Translations under genes and position numbers: made by a program
Part shown: positions 1 to 12,537 of the stretch, one piece after another
Layout: every line of letters begins with the position of its first letter
Position numbering within the stretch: the stretch's first letter is position 1
NCBI GenBank assembly: GCA_964035545.1
Contig: CAXIUT010000078.1
Span: 2,814 to 66,813 of the forward strand
Length of the DNA stretch: 64,000 nt
Direction: 5' to 3'
Source of the DNA: Bugula neritina
Taxonomy: Eukaryota; Animalia; Bryozoa
Notes under the pieces: generated by a model
Databases searched by the model: none
Told to the model about the DNA's origin: nothing
Seen by the model: only the letters and a program-made list of their open reading frames with translations

Positions 1-966
1 GATTATATGAAGATCTTGGCAATGGTTGAAGATGTTTACCTGTTGAGAAATAAGATGGTTCATGATTAAAACTTTTATAGGCAGTTTATTCAGGCTTTTT
101 AAACTATTATCTGTTTACTGAATTGTTTATTATAGGTGATTTTTTATGGAAAGGTCGATCAAAGGTTTTATTCATTATTTCTATGCTTTAATTAGCAATT
201 GTTTTTCCTTTTCTATATTTGGGTTTTGATACTTTTGAAAAAAAATACTTCTTTAAGATCTAAATATTTATATAAATACCTCAGATTCAACAGAGTTTTA
301 TGCTATAAGTTTTTCTATCAGATTTATTTTTTTCGATGAAGGACCTACATTATGAGATTCAGGATTATTTTTTATCTTTAAAGATCTAACTGCTTTGATC
401 AACTCGTTAATGCTAGGTTATGACCTCCAGTCACTTCTTTAGTTATAATTCATGCAAGTTTTAAGTCTTTTTTCAAGAGAATGATCAATATTTTATTCAA
501 TATTTTAAAAGGATTATGTTAAGTTCTTTTCTTTATGTCTGATAGGGGTAGCAGGAAGTGATTTATTATGATTTAATTCTTCAGTGACTTTGTTTTAATC
601 AATACTATTGTTATTATTGGTCTATAAGAGTTAATTTTTAGGCGTGGAAGGTAAATCAAATTGAGAATATGTTCGATTTTTATTGTAAAATTTTGTTTAG
701 GATAATTTTTCATCTCTAAAATTGTCTCTATATTATGTTTTTAGTCTACTCCGAACATAACTCTTAACTTTTGAGAGTTATTAATCATCAGAATAAAGAG
801 GAGTTAACCTTGAAGAACTAAGGGATTATTTATTTAGTTTGGAGATAGTCTATTTTTGAACCTTTTCTTTATAATTATTTCTATTTTTATAGATTACTCT
901 AAGTGCTTCTGGTTTTTTTGTAGATTTCCGAAAAGGAGAAAAACTTTTTTTATTTATTTTATTCAT
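1..966 (-). CDS. Hypothetical K/S/N-rich protein, 3' end outside the window
   Basis: ATG at 966 opens a frame (MNKINKKSFSPFRKSTKKP...) with TAR=Glu. No recognisable domain. Confidence 0.55.
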
Positions 967-1228
967 TATTAATCAATTAATTCTGACTGATCCAAACCAT
1001 TGAAATCAGCTTTAATATTCAAAGAAGAAATAATATAAAGTATAAATATAATTATTAATCTCTGAAAATATTCTAATAGTTTTATTAATAAAATGTTATA
1101 ATTGGATAATTAATATTATAAATAGTTGGTTTTCAAGACAGTATTTAGAATAATTAAAAGCAGCAAAATAATAATCCAAAATGTCTAATAAGAAGATTGA
1201 CTTGCATAAGATAAAAATATCATTAGAC

Positions 1229-1878
1229 TCACATACAATACTTCTTCATATATTAATAACTTGTTCTATATTCCTGTATTTAAAGATAAAGTACCTCTAG
1301 AAAGTTAGGAGGAAGATTGATATTCATTTTGGGAGCATCTTCTCCTCGTTATTCTGCTTCTAAGAGAATTCTCTAAATAAATAAACAAATACAGCATATG
1401 CTTAACGTTATTTTTTTGTTCCTCCATTATGTTTCATTTTGATGTGTAGATTCATAGAGACAGGAGAACTATAAGCTTTATGACAATTTTCATATGTACA
1501 CTAATAAGTTAATCCACTTAATTTTGTTTAAGACTAGCCTGATGTTTGTTTTTTAATTTTGCTTTAAGCTTTTTTTTATAACTTAAGCGTTATTTATTTA
1601 TTTTAAGGTCGAAAAGATTCTTCATCAGAAAGATGTTCTTTTTATTGATTTTAAAACTTTTGAATTTCTTTCTTTTGCTTTAAGTGTTAATTCTATAAAG
1701 TTAAATTTTCTATTTTAAATTTAAGAGAATCCCGGAGTTATTTAGCTTTACTTGAGTCAGAAGCTAGCTGTTAGTACTTTTGACTTAATTCTTGGAATGC
1801 AAGTTGCCAGTTTATTGGATATTCCAAACTATTGTAAATGTAGATCATTCTTTATTATTATAAATGCAACGAACTCAT
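1229..1878 (-). CDS. C2H2 zinc-finger protein
   Basis: YECTYENCHKAYSSPVSMNLHIKMKHNGG motif; two ~21-nt GT-AG introns near the 3' end; TGA at 1229-1231. Start uncertain. Confidence 0.75.
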
Positions 1879-2216
1879 TAAAGCTCTTAATTTAATAGTT
1901 AAATCAATACAAATTCACTGATAACACTTGGATAAGAACTTTCAAGGAAGATAAGGTACAAATCAGTCAAAAATAAACACTTTACTCTCATTTTAACCTT
2001 AAACAGCAATTTCAATCGTTATTTATAAAATGTACTCATCTTGAAAGCTAGCAAGTAGTACTCTAGCTAAGTGTGTTTTCTTTTGAAAGTCTTGTTTTAT
2101 TTTTATACTATTTCTGAAAAAAAATAATGATAACAATAATTATAGAATTGGAAATAAAATATAGAAAAGAAGTCAAACGAAATTAATAACATACAATACT
2201 GATTGAATCAAATCAA

Positions 2217-2951
2217 ATGTCCTTGATGATATAATCTTAAATGAAAAAGTAATTGTCGAGTAAAGGAGTTGTAGATCCATCTTTGAATAAGAAATATCCT
2301 CAGTGTGTAAATAAGAAGTAGGCAAGAATGGTTTGTCTTAATGAAGGCTGTCCTGATTATGCTTTCTTCTGTTTGCAGTGTGATGATGAGTCTTGTTAAC
2401 GTATCCATCGTCATGAAAATAAAGCTGACAAACTTGTTACTATGAGTTTTAAAGAATTCATTCGAAGAGTGCTTAGACCAAAAAAGCCCATTGAATAATT
2501 GTAAAATTCTGTAAATACTTATCGATAAACTCTTCAAAAGCTGCAATCAGATATTAACGAGTTTGTATAAAAATAATTGAAAAGTCTTGATGATATTGTT
2601 AAAAAAACTACTGAATACCCCTAAGATGTAGCTCCAACTATCAAAAAACTTAAATAAGACCAGTATTTAGGGTTATCTGGACAATAAATGGACTATCTAT
2701 GGAAAAACTGTGGAGAGACTAATAATAGTATTCAAATGCAACAAGAAACTGCTGAGTTTGTTCGTATCAAAGAAGAATAGTTAAAGGCTATCAGTGAACA
2801 TTTTGAGAGTCTAAATAAAATGTAGATAGATAAAATAGAAGAAAATATTCAAAGTAATTCATTGAAAAATCCAGGATAGAGAAGTATAGGTAACAAAGTG
2901 CCTTCAAGGACAAGTAATTCATCGGTTATTAGTGGTGGTAAGAAGATTTGA
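2217..2951 (+). CDS. Hypothetical protein with Cys/His-rich N-terminus (possible Zn finger) and coiled coil
   Basis: 735-nt ATG-to-TGA frame with TAR=Glu; CLNEGCPDYAFFCLQCDDESCERIHRH. Confidence 0.7.
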
Positions 2952-3109
2952 TGATTATTTATCCCAAAATAATCTATAATAAGAGTAAATTATTGATAAA
3001 TAAAAGTGAATTAGGATGTGAAATTAATAGTTTGGAATGAATATACGTGTTGATTAATATTAAATTGTCCTATTTAATTAGTTTAGATTATTAAATCGCA
3101 TCAATTGAG

Positions 3110-3731
3110 ATGGACGACTTCTTTACTTAAGGATAAAATATGGCTTAACCTGTTGTTGTTGAACCTCTACCACATAATTAAATGCCTGCGCAAGAAGAAG
3201 TTCTTGATTTTCAAGGATCATCCAATATCAACTCAAGTAAATCGATTTTGAAGCAGGTACCAACTAAATATCAGCTCTTGGATCAGCTAGCTTTAATTAT
3301 GAACCTCAACCAAACCTTCAATATAACAATAACGATAATGAAAATGACTTTGATGATTTTGAAGAAGACTAAGTTACCAGAAAGATTCGAGAGGAAGAAG
3401 CTAAGGTTCAAAACGAACTACGATAAAAAAGTGTAAGTATATATTAATATAGTAAAAAGAATGGGATGAAAAGAAGAAAAAGAGAGAAGAAGGCAGTAAA
3501 CAACTAGAGGAATTTAGAAATCGGAAAGAAGAGGAGAAAAAAGAAAGAGTTGAAGATAATCTAAAAAAAGAAGTAGAAATTAGGAAATAACAGAGTAAAG
3601 GAAGCTAGCTAGAAGGATGGAAGAAGGTGGTGAGTAATATAAACGTGAAACAAGGAGAAAGAAAAGGAACTAAGGACATTAATCGTATGAGATAAGCTAT
3701 GCTTCATAAAAGATAAGATGATCTAAACTGA
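3110..3731 (+). CDS. Clathrin light chain
   Basis: Acidic N-terminus, EK-rich helix, C-terminal WKKVVSNI...KGTKDINRMREAML matching the CLC W..V...KD.SRMR motif; two 20-nt introns. Confidence 0.8.
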
Positions 3732-3970
3732 GCATTCATTCTATTTACTATCATTTAAATAAATCTTTTCACAATAAGACTCAACTATTTGAGATAAATT
3801 ATTTCTAATTGATTCAAGATCTTATTTTGAATTTTAAAAGTCTATTTTCAAAGAATATTTTATGCCCATTGTAACGATTGTTTAAGATATGGAAATATAA
3901 GACAACTTTCTGTATGATTTTTATTGATTGAGATATTAAATAAATTGGTTGTAGTCACCATTTGATAAAT

Positions 3971-5041
3971 ATGAATATCGCCAGGAAACTCGTCTTATCA
4001 ACCTTTGCAGTTGGTGTGGCTTACGGACAGGCTGAAAACCAAGAACAGTGTTTCATCTACAGAGATGACATTGGAGCCCATTGGGGTATCAAAGGTTATG
4101 AAGAACAAGTCACATAAGTTGGAACTCATCATGGACATCTCTCATGGCCTCAATTCAGAGCCTGGGGCACATTCGATTCAGGAAGCGTTCGAAGAGGTAA
4201 TAATCTTTTCTTTTTCCCAAAGGAAAATTCTATTTTTTTGTTTAACATATTGTAGGTTTCCAAGTCTTTTCGAAAAATTGTGCTAACTGTCACGGTATTA
4301 TGGGAAAGAAGTATGATTTGTTGTTGGATAAAGTATACGAACAAATTGAGTTATCTACTTGGGTTGCTGAACATTTTACTATCCATCCAGCACATCATCA
4401 CTACAAACAATTTTACTATCAAGAATGGGATGAAAGAGATAGGTATCATATCAATAAAGTAGATATATTCACGACCACATCTATGCGCCATATTTTTCAC
4501 AGGATCAAGGAAAAAATGCCAACGGAGGAGTCTGGCCTGTTGACTTCACCAAGATTAGAATGAGACCTGGAGGAATCAATTATATCTACAATATTCAAAC
4601 TGGCTATCACTTCAAACCTCCATTTGGTTTAGAAGTACCCAGAGGAAAACACTACAACCCGTACTTGTTTTTGAATTTAGTTACTTTGATCATATGATTA
4701 TTGGTATGCCTAGGCAACTAGTTGATGGACTCATTGACTATGAAGATGGAACTCCCGCATCTACTCCTCAGATGTCTAATGATGTTGCAAATTTCATCTT
4801 CTTTTTGCAGAGAAGATCTGGATGGAGAAGAAACGATAAAAAGGTTAGACAAACTATGGTTTTCTTTGGACTATTGATGCTTCTTCCAATTAGTTACTTG
4901 AAGACCTACGCATACTATAGAAGTCTGCTCTGTACCAGAACCGAAACCTATGCAGTTAGAGATGGACTTGGATATAAACATTGGAAAACAGGAATGAGAT
5001 CGATTAAGGCTCCCCATTATAGAGGAGCTTATTGGAATTGA
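3971..5041 (+). CDS. CYC1: Mitochondrial cytochrome c1
   Basis: SVRRGFQV, heme motif CANCH, NGGVWP, YNPYF, axial-Met GMP and C-terminal TM helix; introns at 4197-4255 (59 nt) plus two of 20 nt. Confidence 0.95.
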
Positions 5042-5293
5042 TTGTTCATTAATCACCTACCAATATCATCAATACTACTCTGACAAGACGTCAGCAATTA
5101 TCATTTATCAACAAAAAAAATAAACTTATTATTAAAAAGTCACTACATCCCTATGAAATCGTAGTAACTGTTCGATTTGAAGTTTGGAAGGTAGTTTAGA
5201 AGTGAAAAACTTGTGAGAATATAACTTTTGAATTCTGGAGGTTAATGATATATTTATTTGAGCATTTCGGTGTTATTTATAGAGCATCAACTA

Positions 5294-5966
5294 ATGGAGG
5301 TACATTAATTAAATGTAGCCAGCCAAAGCAGTTGCTGAGTTCAAGGTAGTCTTGATCGGAGATGGAGGAGTCGGCAAGACAACCTTCGTCAAGAGACATA
5401 TCACCGGAGAGTTTGAAAAGAAGTATATCGCCACCCAAGGAGTTGAAGTGAGCTCCATTACCTTTTACACCAACCATGGTCCAATCAAACTGGCCCTCTG
5501 GGATACTGCCGGACAGGAAAAACTCGGAGGTTTGCGTGAAGGATACTATATTGGAGCTCATGCATCCATCATTATGTTCGATGTTACCACCAGAATCACC
5601 TATAAAAACGTACCTAAGTGGTATAAGGACCTAACCAGAATCTGTGACAACATTCCCATTGTGTTAGTGGGTAACAAGGTCGACCAAAAAGACAGAAAAG
5701 TCAAGGCCCGCCAAATCACTTTCCATCGTAAGCGCAATTTGCAATACTTCGACATCTCTGCTAAGTCCAACTACCAGTATGAAAAGCCTTTCCTTTGGAT
5801 TCTAAGAACCCTCACTGGTGATCCTAACCTCTACTTGGTTGAAGCTCTTGCTCTTAAACCTCAAGACATTCAAATGGAACAATATCAAATTGAAGAACTG
5901 GCTAAAGAGTGGGTTGCAGCTGAACAAGCTCCTCTTCCTGATGAAGAAGATGAGGACTTCAAATGA
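5294..5966 (+). CDS. RAN: Ran GTPase
   Basis: [27 protein letters not shown] and acidic tail; 19-nt intron at 5300-5318 after ATG GAG. Confidence 0.98.
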
Positions 5967-6030
5967 TCGATGCCTTCAACATATTCTTATTCTTCAATAT
6001 TATCATCCTAGATCATAATTAATACAATAA

Positions 6031-7170
6031 TCATTTTGCATATCGCTCTCTATATCTAAAGTTACTTTGCAATTTGACTTATTTGAGAGTCTAAAGGATT
6101 AGTTAATGCTTCCTCTTATCTTTTTTTGCTTAATAAGATTTCTACATAACTTTATCTCCTTCTTGCATTGAAAGTTCATGGAAAAACGCTTTTCTAGATA
6201 ATTTTTATTCAAGCTGCCTTGAATAAATCTATGAGAAGGAGTTTTTGTTTTGTATAGTTTTCTTTTTTTGATCTAGTATTTAACTTTTATTAGTAAATTT
6301 ATCATTAACAGAAAATTGCCTTCTTTTTTCCTAGATTTTCTTTTTATTTTTTGCCATTTATTATTGATTTTTTTTAACATTCTTTAACATTTTTTCTTAT
6401 CGAATATGCTAAATAACAATGAATTTACTCTTTTGGAATCAATAATATTAAGTCTTTGTACATATTAATTCAAATTTTTAACATCTTTTTTCGTTTAAAT
6501 CAAACTCTTTTTCTTTTGTTTTGCCCTTATTTCATCATTACTCACTTTAAAAACGTGTGGATTACTCTTTTTACGTGTTTAAATTAAATTAAAAGTCTCT
6601 GCCTGTGTACTTTGATTCATTGGATATCGACTTTTTGTTACAAATTTTGAATATGATGTTGTTTTGGAAGATGGACGTCGTTATTATTTATTGATTAGGT
6701 ACTTCTCAGACTCTTTACAATATTTTTGAGACTGTCTAAAAGCATCTTCAATAAGACTTTTTTCCATTGATTTTATTCTAGATAAAGTTGTTTATCTGAA
6801 TTTTTATCTGCTTTGAGATCTACTCTGTTTAAGATCTTTTATTTGCATTATTTTTTTTTGAGAAAGTCTTTGTTTTTATTAGATTTTAGATCTGAGTTCA
6901 TCTCTTTGACTTTACTCTTAGTTTTAAATAGTGATCAATTTTTATTTCGCTCTAAACATCTTTAAATTTTTTACTCTTAGATTTCTTTTTACAGCTAAAT
7001 TAGAGGTCAATTACCTTGAACTTATTTTTCTATTTTGGATGTCAACTCGTTCATTTAATCAAGTAGAAGGGTCTAAGAAACTTGCTAGCTTTATATATAC
7101 AAGATTCAGTGTTTAAACGCTTTGCGTAGAAGCGTTGATGCTTTGGAGCTGTTTTTGGTGATCTTAACAT
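6031..7170 (-). CDS. Hypothetical basic coiled-coil protein
   Basis: 1140-nt span from ATG (MLRSPKTAPKHQRF) to TGA (...RERYAK*) with TAR=Glu. Confidence 0.65.
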
Positions 7171-7237
7171 TTATTAGTCCCTTATTAAAATATATATCAT
7201 AAATTACTATCAATTTTTATTTATATCATAAAGAAAC

Positions 7238-7387
7238 GGGGGGTTGGGGTTGGGGTTGGGGGTTGGGGTTGGGGTTGGGGTTGGGGTTGGGCGTTGGGGT
7301 TGGGGTTGGGGGTTGGGGTTTGGGGGGGTTGGGGTTGGGGTTGGGGTTGGGGTTGGGGTTGGGGTTGGGGTTGGGGTTGGGGTTGGG
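7238..7387 (+). repeat. Internal telomeric (GGGGTT)n tract 1
   Basis: ~150 nt of TTGGGG repeats with a few variant units. Confidence 0.97.
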
Positions 7388-7446
7388 CTTTAGATGTAAT
7401 TTTCAAATATAATTTAGTTTATTTTAATGAATTTAATAATAAAAAA

Positions 7447-8036
7447 ATGAGATCAAATGAAGGAAGTATAAAAAAGTTGATAAGAGTTCATTTAAATATA
7501 ATAAAAAAAGATAGTTAGCCTATTAAAAAGATCGAAAAAAGTGTTAAAAAATACATTTAGATAAGGATGCAAAAGGAAAGTAACTTTTAAATCACCTTAA
7601 TTCATGATAAGAGGCAATCTTAAAGAAAACAAATAAAATGGTAGACCCAATTCAATAGAAGATAGTCTTTATCGTAAAAAATCAAAAATAAATAATAATG
7701 AACTCACCCAATGCATATCTCAAAAGAATCTTATGGAAACATTGCCTATACCTCTAACTTTAAAATAAATAAAAAACGTTGAAAATACAAAATAGATGGA
7801 GAGTAAATTAAAGAGGATTAAAAGTGAACAATCAATAGTTCTTAACAGTAATTATTAATCTTTGAAAAAGAAGAATAATCGACATAAAATTATGGTTAAA
7901 AATCCATTTTTCTATGAAAGTAAATAAAAAAAACAAAAAAGAAGATTTATTGGAATCATCTCAAATCCTAAAAAATTAGAGTAAAATCAGTATAAGTGAT
8001 AAACAGGATTTGATAAATCTTCTTTCTCAAATGTGA
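7447..8036 (+). CDS. Hypothetical Lys-rich protein, one frameshift, possibly 5'-truncated
   Basis: Open frame with TAR=Glu that also extends upstream to the telomere tract; indel in an A-run near 7680. Confidence 0.4.
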
Positions 8037-8198
8037 TTTTCATCCCTTAGAGTTCTTATTATTTTGTAGAGTTAAAAATATAATTTTCAGATTGATATTA
8101 GCTATAAGTCACTAAAAAGAATAATACTTCTTTTTTTATATTTATTTCAGGTATTAATGATTATAATTTTTGATTATTTAAACTTAGATATATTTTTC

Positions 8199-8636
8199 AT
8201 GAGTAATTAAGAACATCAAGAGAATATCGAGGCAGAAACATCATATCCTCAAGTTAATATTCTATAACCAAAAGATAAAATGAAAGCTATTTACAGTAAC
8301 GCATTAAAAAATGAGCCTGTATCCAGATATCTTTATCTTGAAGATAGATAGGTCCAAAACGACAATTCAAAAAAAGTGAATCCTCGAAGGAAATCTTTTT
8401 GTTTTGGATAGAATAAAGATAAAAATACAGATAAAAAGGAAGAATAAGGGGATAATCCATTTATTCGAGCTAGAAAAAGTTTAATGGAAAAGTAAAAATT
8501 AAAATAAGCTTACAAAGAATCTGAATAACCAGGCAAAAGATAAGAAAAATATTATTAGGAATAAGAAGTGACTTTTAAAGCTGTTAGGTAAGGACGAAGT
8601 TCAAAAAAAATAGAGGAAAGTAAACTAGATAAATGA
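8199..8636 (+). CDS. Hypothetical protein
   Basis: 438-nt ATG-to-TGA frame with TAR=Glu. Confidence 0.6.
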
Positions 8637-8755
8637 TCTAACTAAACTATTCGTCTATCTTTATTTTCATCAAACAAAATGTAAAATGAATAAAGAATTA
8701 TAATTACTTTATTTGAGTTTCATAAAGATCACAAAGTATTCAACTAATAATTTTA

Positions 8756-9668
8756 TCAGATGTTGAAACTATATTTAGGTACTATCTAACGCTTGTTTTA
8801 GTTTTGATAGAGGTTTAGTTATTTCTTTCACTTGTTTTGAATCTTGGTTAAGTTGAATCAAAAAATTGATATTTAGTTTTTTTTCTTATTTTTTTAAGAT
8901 TATGTCATTTTTGAAACTAAAGGTAGTTTTTTGATGGTTTAATTTGTTGGATAGAAATTATAAAGATGATGAACTTTAGGTTTTTTATAATTTTTAGATA
9001 ATAATGATTGAATATTTCGTTTAGATTAATTTTATTTAAAATGTTTTTTTGCATTTAAATTTAATTTTGATAAGGAAATTGAGTGTTTTTTGTTTTAGTT
9101 TTATGATTTAGAATAACTTTGATTTTAGGTAAGAAGTTATCTGTAGTTATTCATTAGTTTTTTTTATTTTGTGAGTTGATTTAATGATTTTTATAGAAAG
9201 ACAGGTTTTTATTCTTGAAAGTCTATTCCAAATTTATTTCTTTTGTCAGGAATTGAAGGTAGTGTACTCTTATTGATATTTATTATATTTTAATTATGGT
9301 TTATTATCTTAGAGGGGCTGATATTTTTTTATATTTTTGATTTTTGTGTGAGTTAATAATCTCCTGGTGATGGTGTTTTTATTCCTGAACAGCTTAAAAA
9401 CGACTGCGATTACTTTTAAAAATATAGCTTTGATTCTTAGTTTGATACTAGCTAGTTTGATCTAAAGTCCTTTCTTGATTTTTATCTTTATTTTCTATCA
9501 ATTATTATTTTTCCTATATTGGAAGACGATGATTAATTTCCAACATTTGGTTTATTTGGAAATCTTGGGCATTTGCTTATGAAGGGGGACATAGTTTTGT
9601 TTGATTGTACTATCTTAGAAAACCTTACTTTTATCATTTACATTCTGAAATATTTGACTTGTTTCCAT
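8756..9668 (-). CDS. Sperm-tail PG-rich repeat (STPG/ODF3-like) protein, degenerate
   Basis: PFISKCPRF and TPSPGDY motifs. 3' end approximate. Confidence 0.55.
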
Positions 9669-9870
9669 CAGAAGAATCTAATTAATATTCTTCTATCAAT
9701 ATTATCAATCTAGTCATAGAAATTTTAATAGTAATAGTTATTAAAATAAATCACTAAATAAAAAACATCTCTTCAAGTTTTTAAAGAAAATAACGAAGCT
9801 TTTAAAGAGTTTATTTAGATGTTATTAAACTTGTTTTCAGTTTTATATAATATTTAAAATAATTCTATAA

Positions 9871-10210
9871 ATGGATGTGCACCAACCAACAGAAAAAGAA
9901 CAATAAGACCATATGGTAGAGATGAAAAAGATAAGGGATAGCCTGAAGTTGAAGAAGAATCAAAAGTAAAAAATCTTCATAAGTTATCAATAAAACTGTC
10001 TCCTTTAATAACATTACTTCTCTTGAAAAAATGACTAACAATCAAGATACTAAATAGAATAAAAAGATAGCAACATCAACAAAAATAGTTAAAGGGAATC
10101 GAAGAGACAGCTCTAATCCCTTTCAAGATATTGTAGTTAAATAAGAGAGACATAAATTTAATATTTAAGTTATGGACTATGTTAAAAAAGAACATTTTGA
10201 ACCCATCTGA
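9871..10210 (+). CDS. Small MGC-motif protein, paralog of 41157-41492
   Basis: (M)GCAPTNRKRTIRPYGRD...EERHKFNIEVMDYVKKEHF. Needs one G restored in ATGG(G)A. Confidence 0.65.
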
Positions 10211-10421
10211 TTCTGTATTCTAACTATGATAAAATATAAATGACTTTATCGAAAAATATTAAATGATAAATCATGTTTAAAACAAATAATTTGCAATTTA
10301 ATTCTTTTCAAGTTTAGTATCACTGTATAATATTAAATTTGATGTGAAATTTCAATTATTTTGAATGAATAGTAGAATAAAAAATTAAGAAATATCAAAC
10401 AAATCAATAATCAATACTTTT

Positions 10422-10808
10422 TCAACTGTTCCATCTCTGTCCTTCAAGCAGTCTAAACATTTTAGAAGGAAAATAACCTACTTTTTATGAAAATTTTACT
10501 TAGACAAATTATCCAATAGCTGTCCTTACTCCCACTAATTGTCCCTTTTTAAGATAAAAATAGTCTCCCTTAATAGCAAATACATCATCTAACACTTCAG
10601 CCTGCTCCTGGACAACAGTTTAGTTACTATAAAAGTCAACTCCATTGATATAAAATGTCTTTTTCTTTGCTTAAGTTGAAGTCTTCTCTTTTTTATTGAT
10701 GGAATCATCAATTGACTACCAAACCAAACGATCAGAGGTTCGAGAGCGAACATTGAAGTTGTCAAGAGGTGATTGTTGCTACCTTGTACTTGACTTACGT
10801 AAACTCAT
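10422..10808 (-). CDS. Small protein with possible SH3-like C-terminus
   Basis: 387-nt ORF; YLKKGQLVGV...FVEVKFSEKVGYFPS resembles the SH3 L.KG..V.V...G.FP pattern. Confidence 0.55.
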
Positions 10809-10845
10809 TTATTTAATATATAAATAATGAAGATATTTGTCACTA

Positions 10846-12030
10846 TCATTATGAAGTCAGGTATTTACTCCATCCTTTTCTACCATTGCAACCAATATTA
10901 TTAGGCCAAGATACTTCATCAATAAAAGCTTTTTATTTTCCATTTATAAAGCTTTTTAAAGCTTGATTGATTTATGTTCCACTGGTGCAAGGAATTTTAT
11001 AATTTTAGCTAGCAACATAGTCATTATTTTGTAGAAAATCCATGCTGAACACATGAAACTGACCAAGCCCCGATGTTATCAACTGATGTCAAGTTTTTGA
11101 TTGCTTCATTTATTTGAGATCGATATTTTTCTATATATGCTATTTCAGTATCATTGCAGTTGTCCAAGAAGCTGGTACTGCTCTACCCATACATTTGAAT
11201 TGTAATATATCTTTTAAGCCCCATTAATCGTATTGAGATTGAAGTACAAAGGTTTTAGGCTTTATAAATTAATATAGATTTCCTGACTGGAACATTGCTT
11301 CTGCTAAGGATACTTTTAGACACATTATTTCAGAGGCATTGGTGTTTCAGCATTAGATATCGAAAAGGCAGCAATTGTGTAATCTTACATGGTTTTATTG
11401 TTGTACATATTAGGAAAATCTGTAATAAAAGTGCCACTATCAGAATAATAAGTACTCCTTCTGGATGAGTTGAGTGGTCATAGACATAGTTAGACCAGAT
11501 AAAAGATGCAACTCCTCCTGCTGAAGTACCTGTGATAACTATTTTTGTTGACTGGAATAGATTATAGTTCTTATCAAGATATTAAAAGTGTTTTAAAGTA
11601 TTGTTTGCTCCTCGGAAATAGAGATCTTTTTATTTGTAGTTTATTGGCTATAGTTTTGATCCTTGATGAAGACTTCCGTCACAGTATGGAACAAAAACTC
11701 TATTCCAATTGAAAAATGGATTGTTTCTTGGTTGGAAGATAAATAGCTCAGGAAGTCAAAAGACATTGTATCTGGATAGTCTTGCTGCTTCCAAGTTTTT
11801 CCTAGAGATCTTTTATAGCAGTCCTAAATAGTTTATGCCAGGCCGTCTCCTTTACAAAGTCCTCCTCCTTCAAAGTAGATGACAAATTTATCTGTTTCTG
11901 AACCTGAGAGGAAATATAGACCTGCTGGAGAGCCATCAATGCACTTAGCTTCATCTCCTGGGTGCTTATAAAGAACGAATTATTCTGAAATAGTAAGTAT
12001 TAGAAGAGAAACAAAGATGAGAAGCTTCAT
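10846..12030 (-). CDS. Secreted pectin acetylesterase/Notum-family hydrolase with intact active-site motifs
   Basis: Signal peptide, AKCIDGSPAG, YFEGGGLC, PYCDG, GTSAGG nucleophile motif, SCVQHG, WPNN.GC; a few indels. Confidence 0.9.
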
Positions 12031-12537
12031 GGTATATGTAGATTAATTATTCAATAATGTTTTAATCAATTCTTATTTGTAAAATTTAAAACGATTGAAT
12101 TTGATATTTTTTGTGGTTTAGAAATAAAGTTAGTGTTCTTTTTTACTTCTCTAATTGTTGTAAAAGATAAGTATTTTTTCAGGTTCCTATTTTATTGAAA
12201 TCACACAAGTGGTTTGATTTTTTCAAAAGTTGATTTTTATTATTGTTAATCTAAGAAATACACAGGTGAATTTATCATTTAATTAGTTATCATGGAAAAC
12301 ATAAAGAAGTTTTATTCGATAAGAAGATTTTTTAAATCTCGAAAACAAGGATTTTTAATATAAAAATTTAAGCTTAAAAGCATATTTAATCAAAGAATGG
12401 ATATTTTGCAATATTTTAATCCATTTTCTTGGGGGAAAGAACCCAGATTCTGTCAGAATTTAATTTATTTGAGTATAAAATGAAACTGTTTTAAGATATT
12501 ATAATTAATTAGGTCTTTAAACACTATTAAAGTTTAA

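Noticed and set aside
2208-2546. Short hydrophobic ORFs in the track (also 24234, 26723, 36416, 41331, 50626, 52681 and others)
   Set aside because: They are antisense or off-frame shadows of real genes read with the wrong code.
7238-7387. Variant telomere units (GGGCGTT, G5-G7 runs) as a mixed telomerase template
   Set aside because: They are sporadic and mostly homopolymer-length changes typical of sequencing error; tracts 2, 4 and 6 are perfect.
7221-7518. ORFs encoding (PQ)n or (WG)n proteins in the ORF track
   Set aside because: They are translations of the telomeric repeat.
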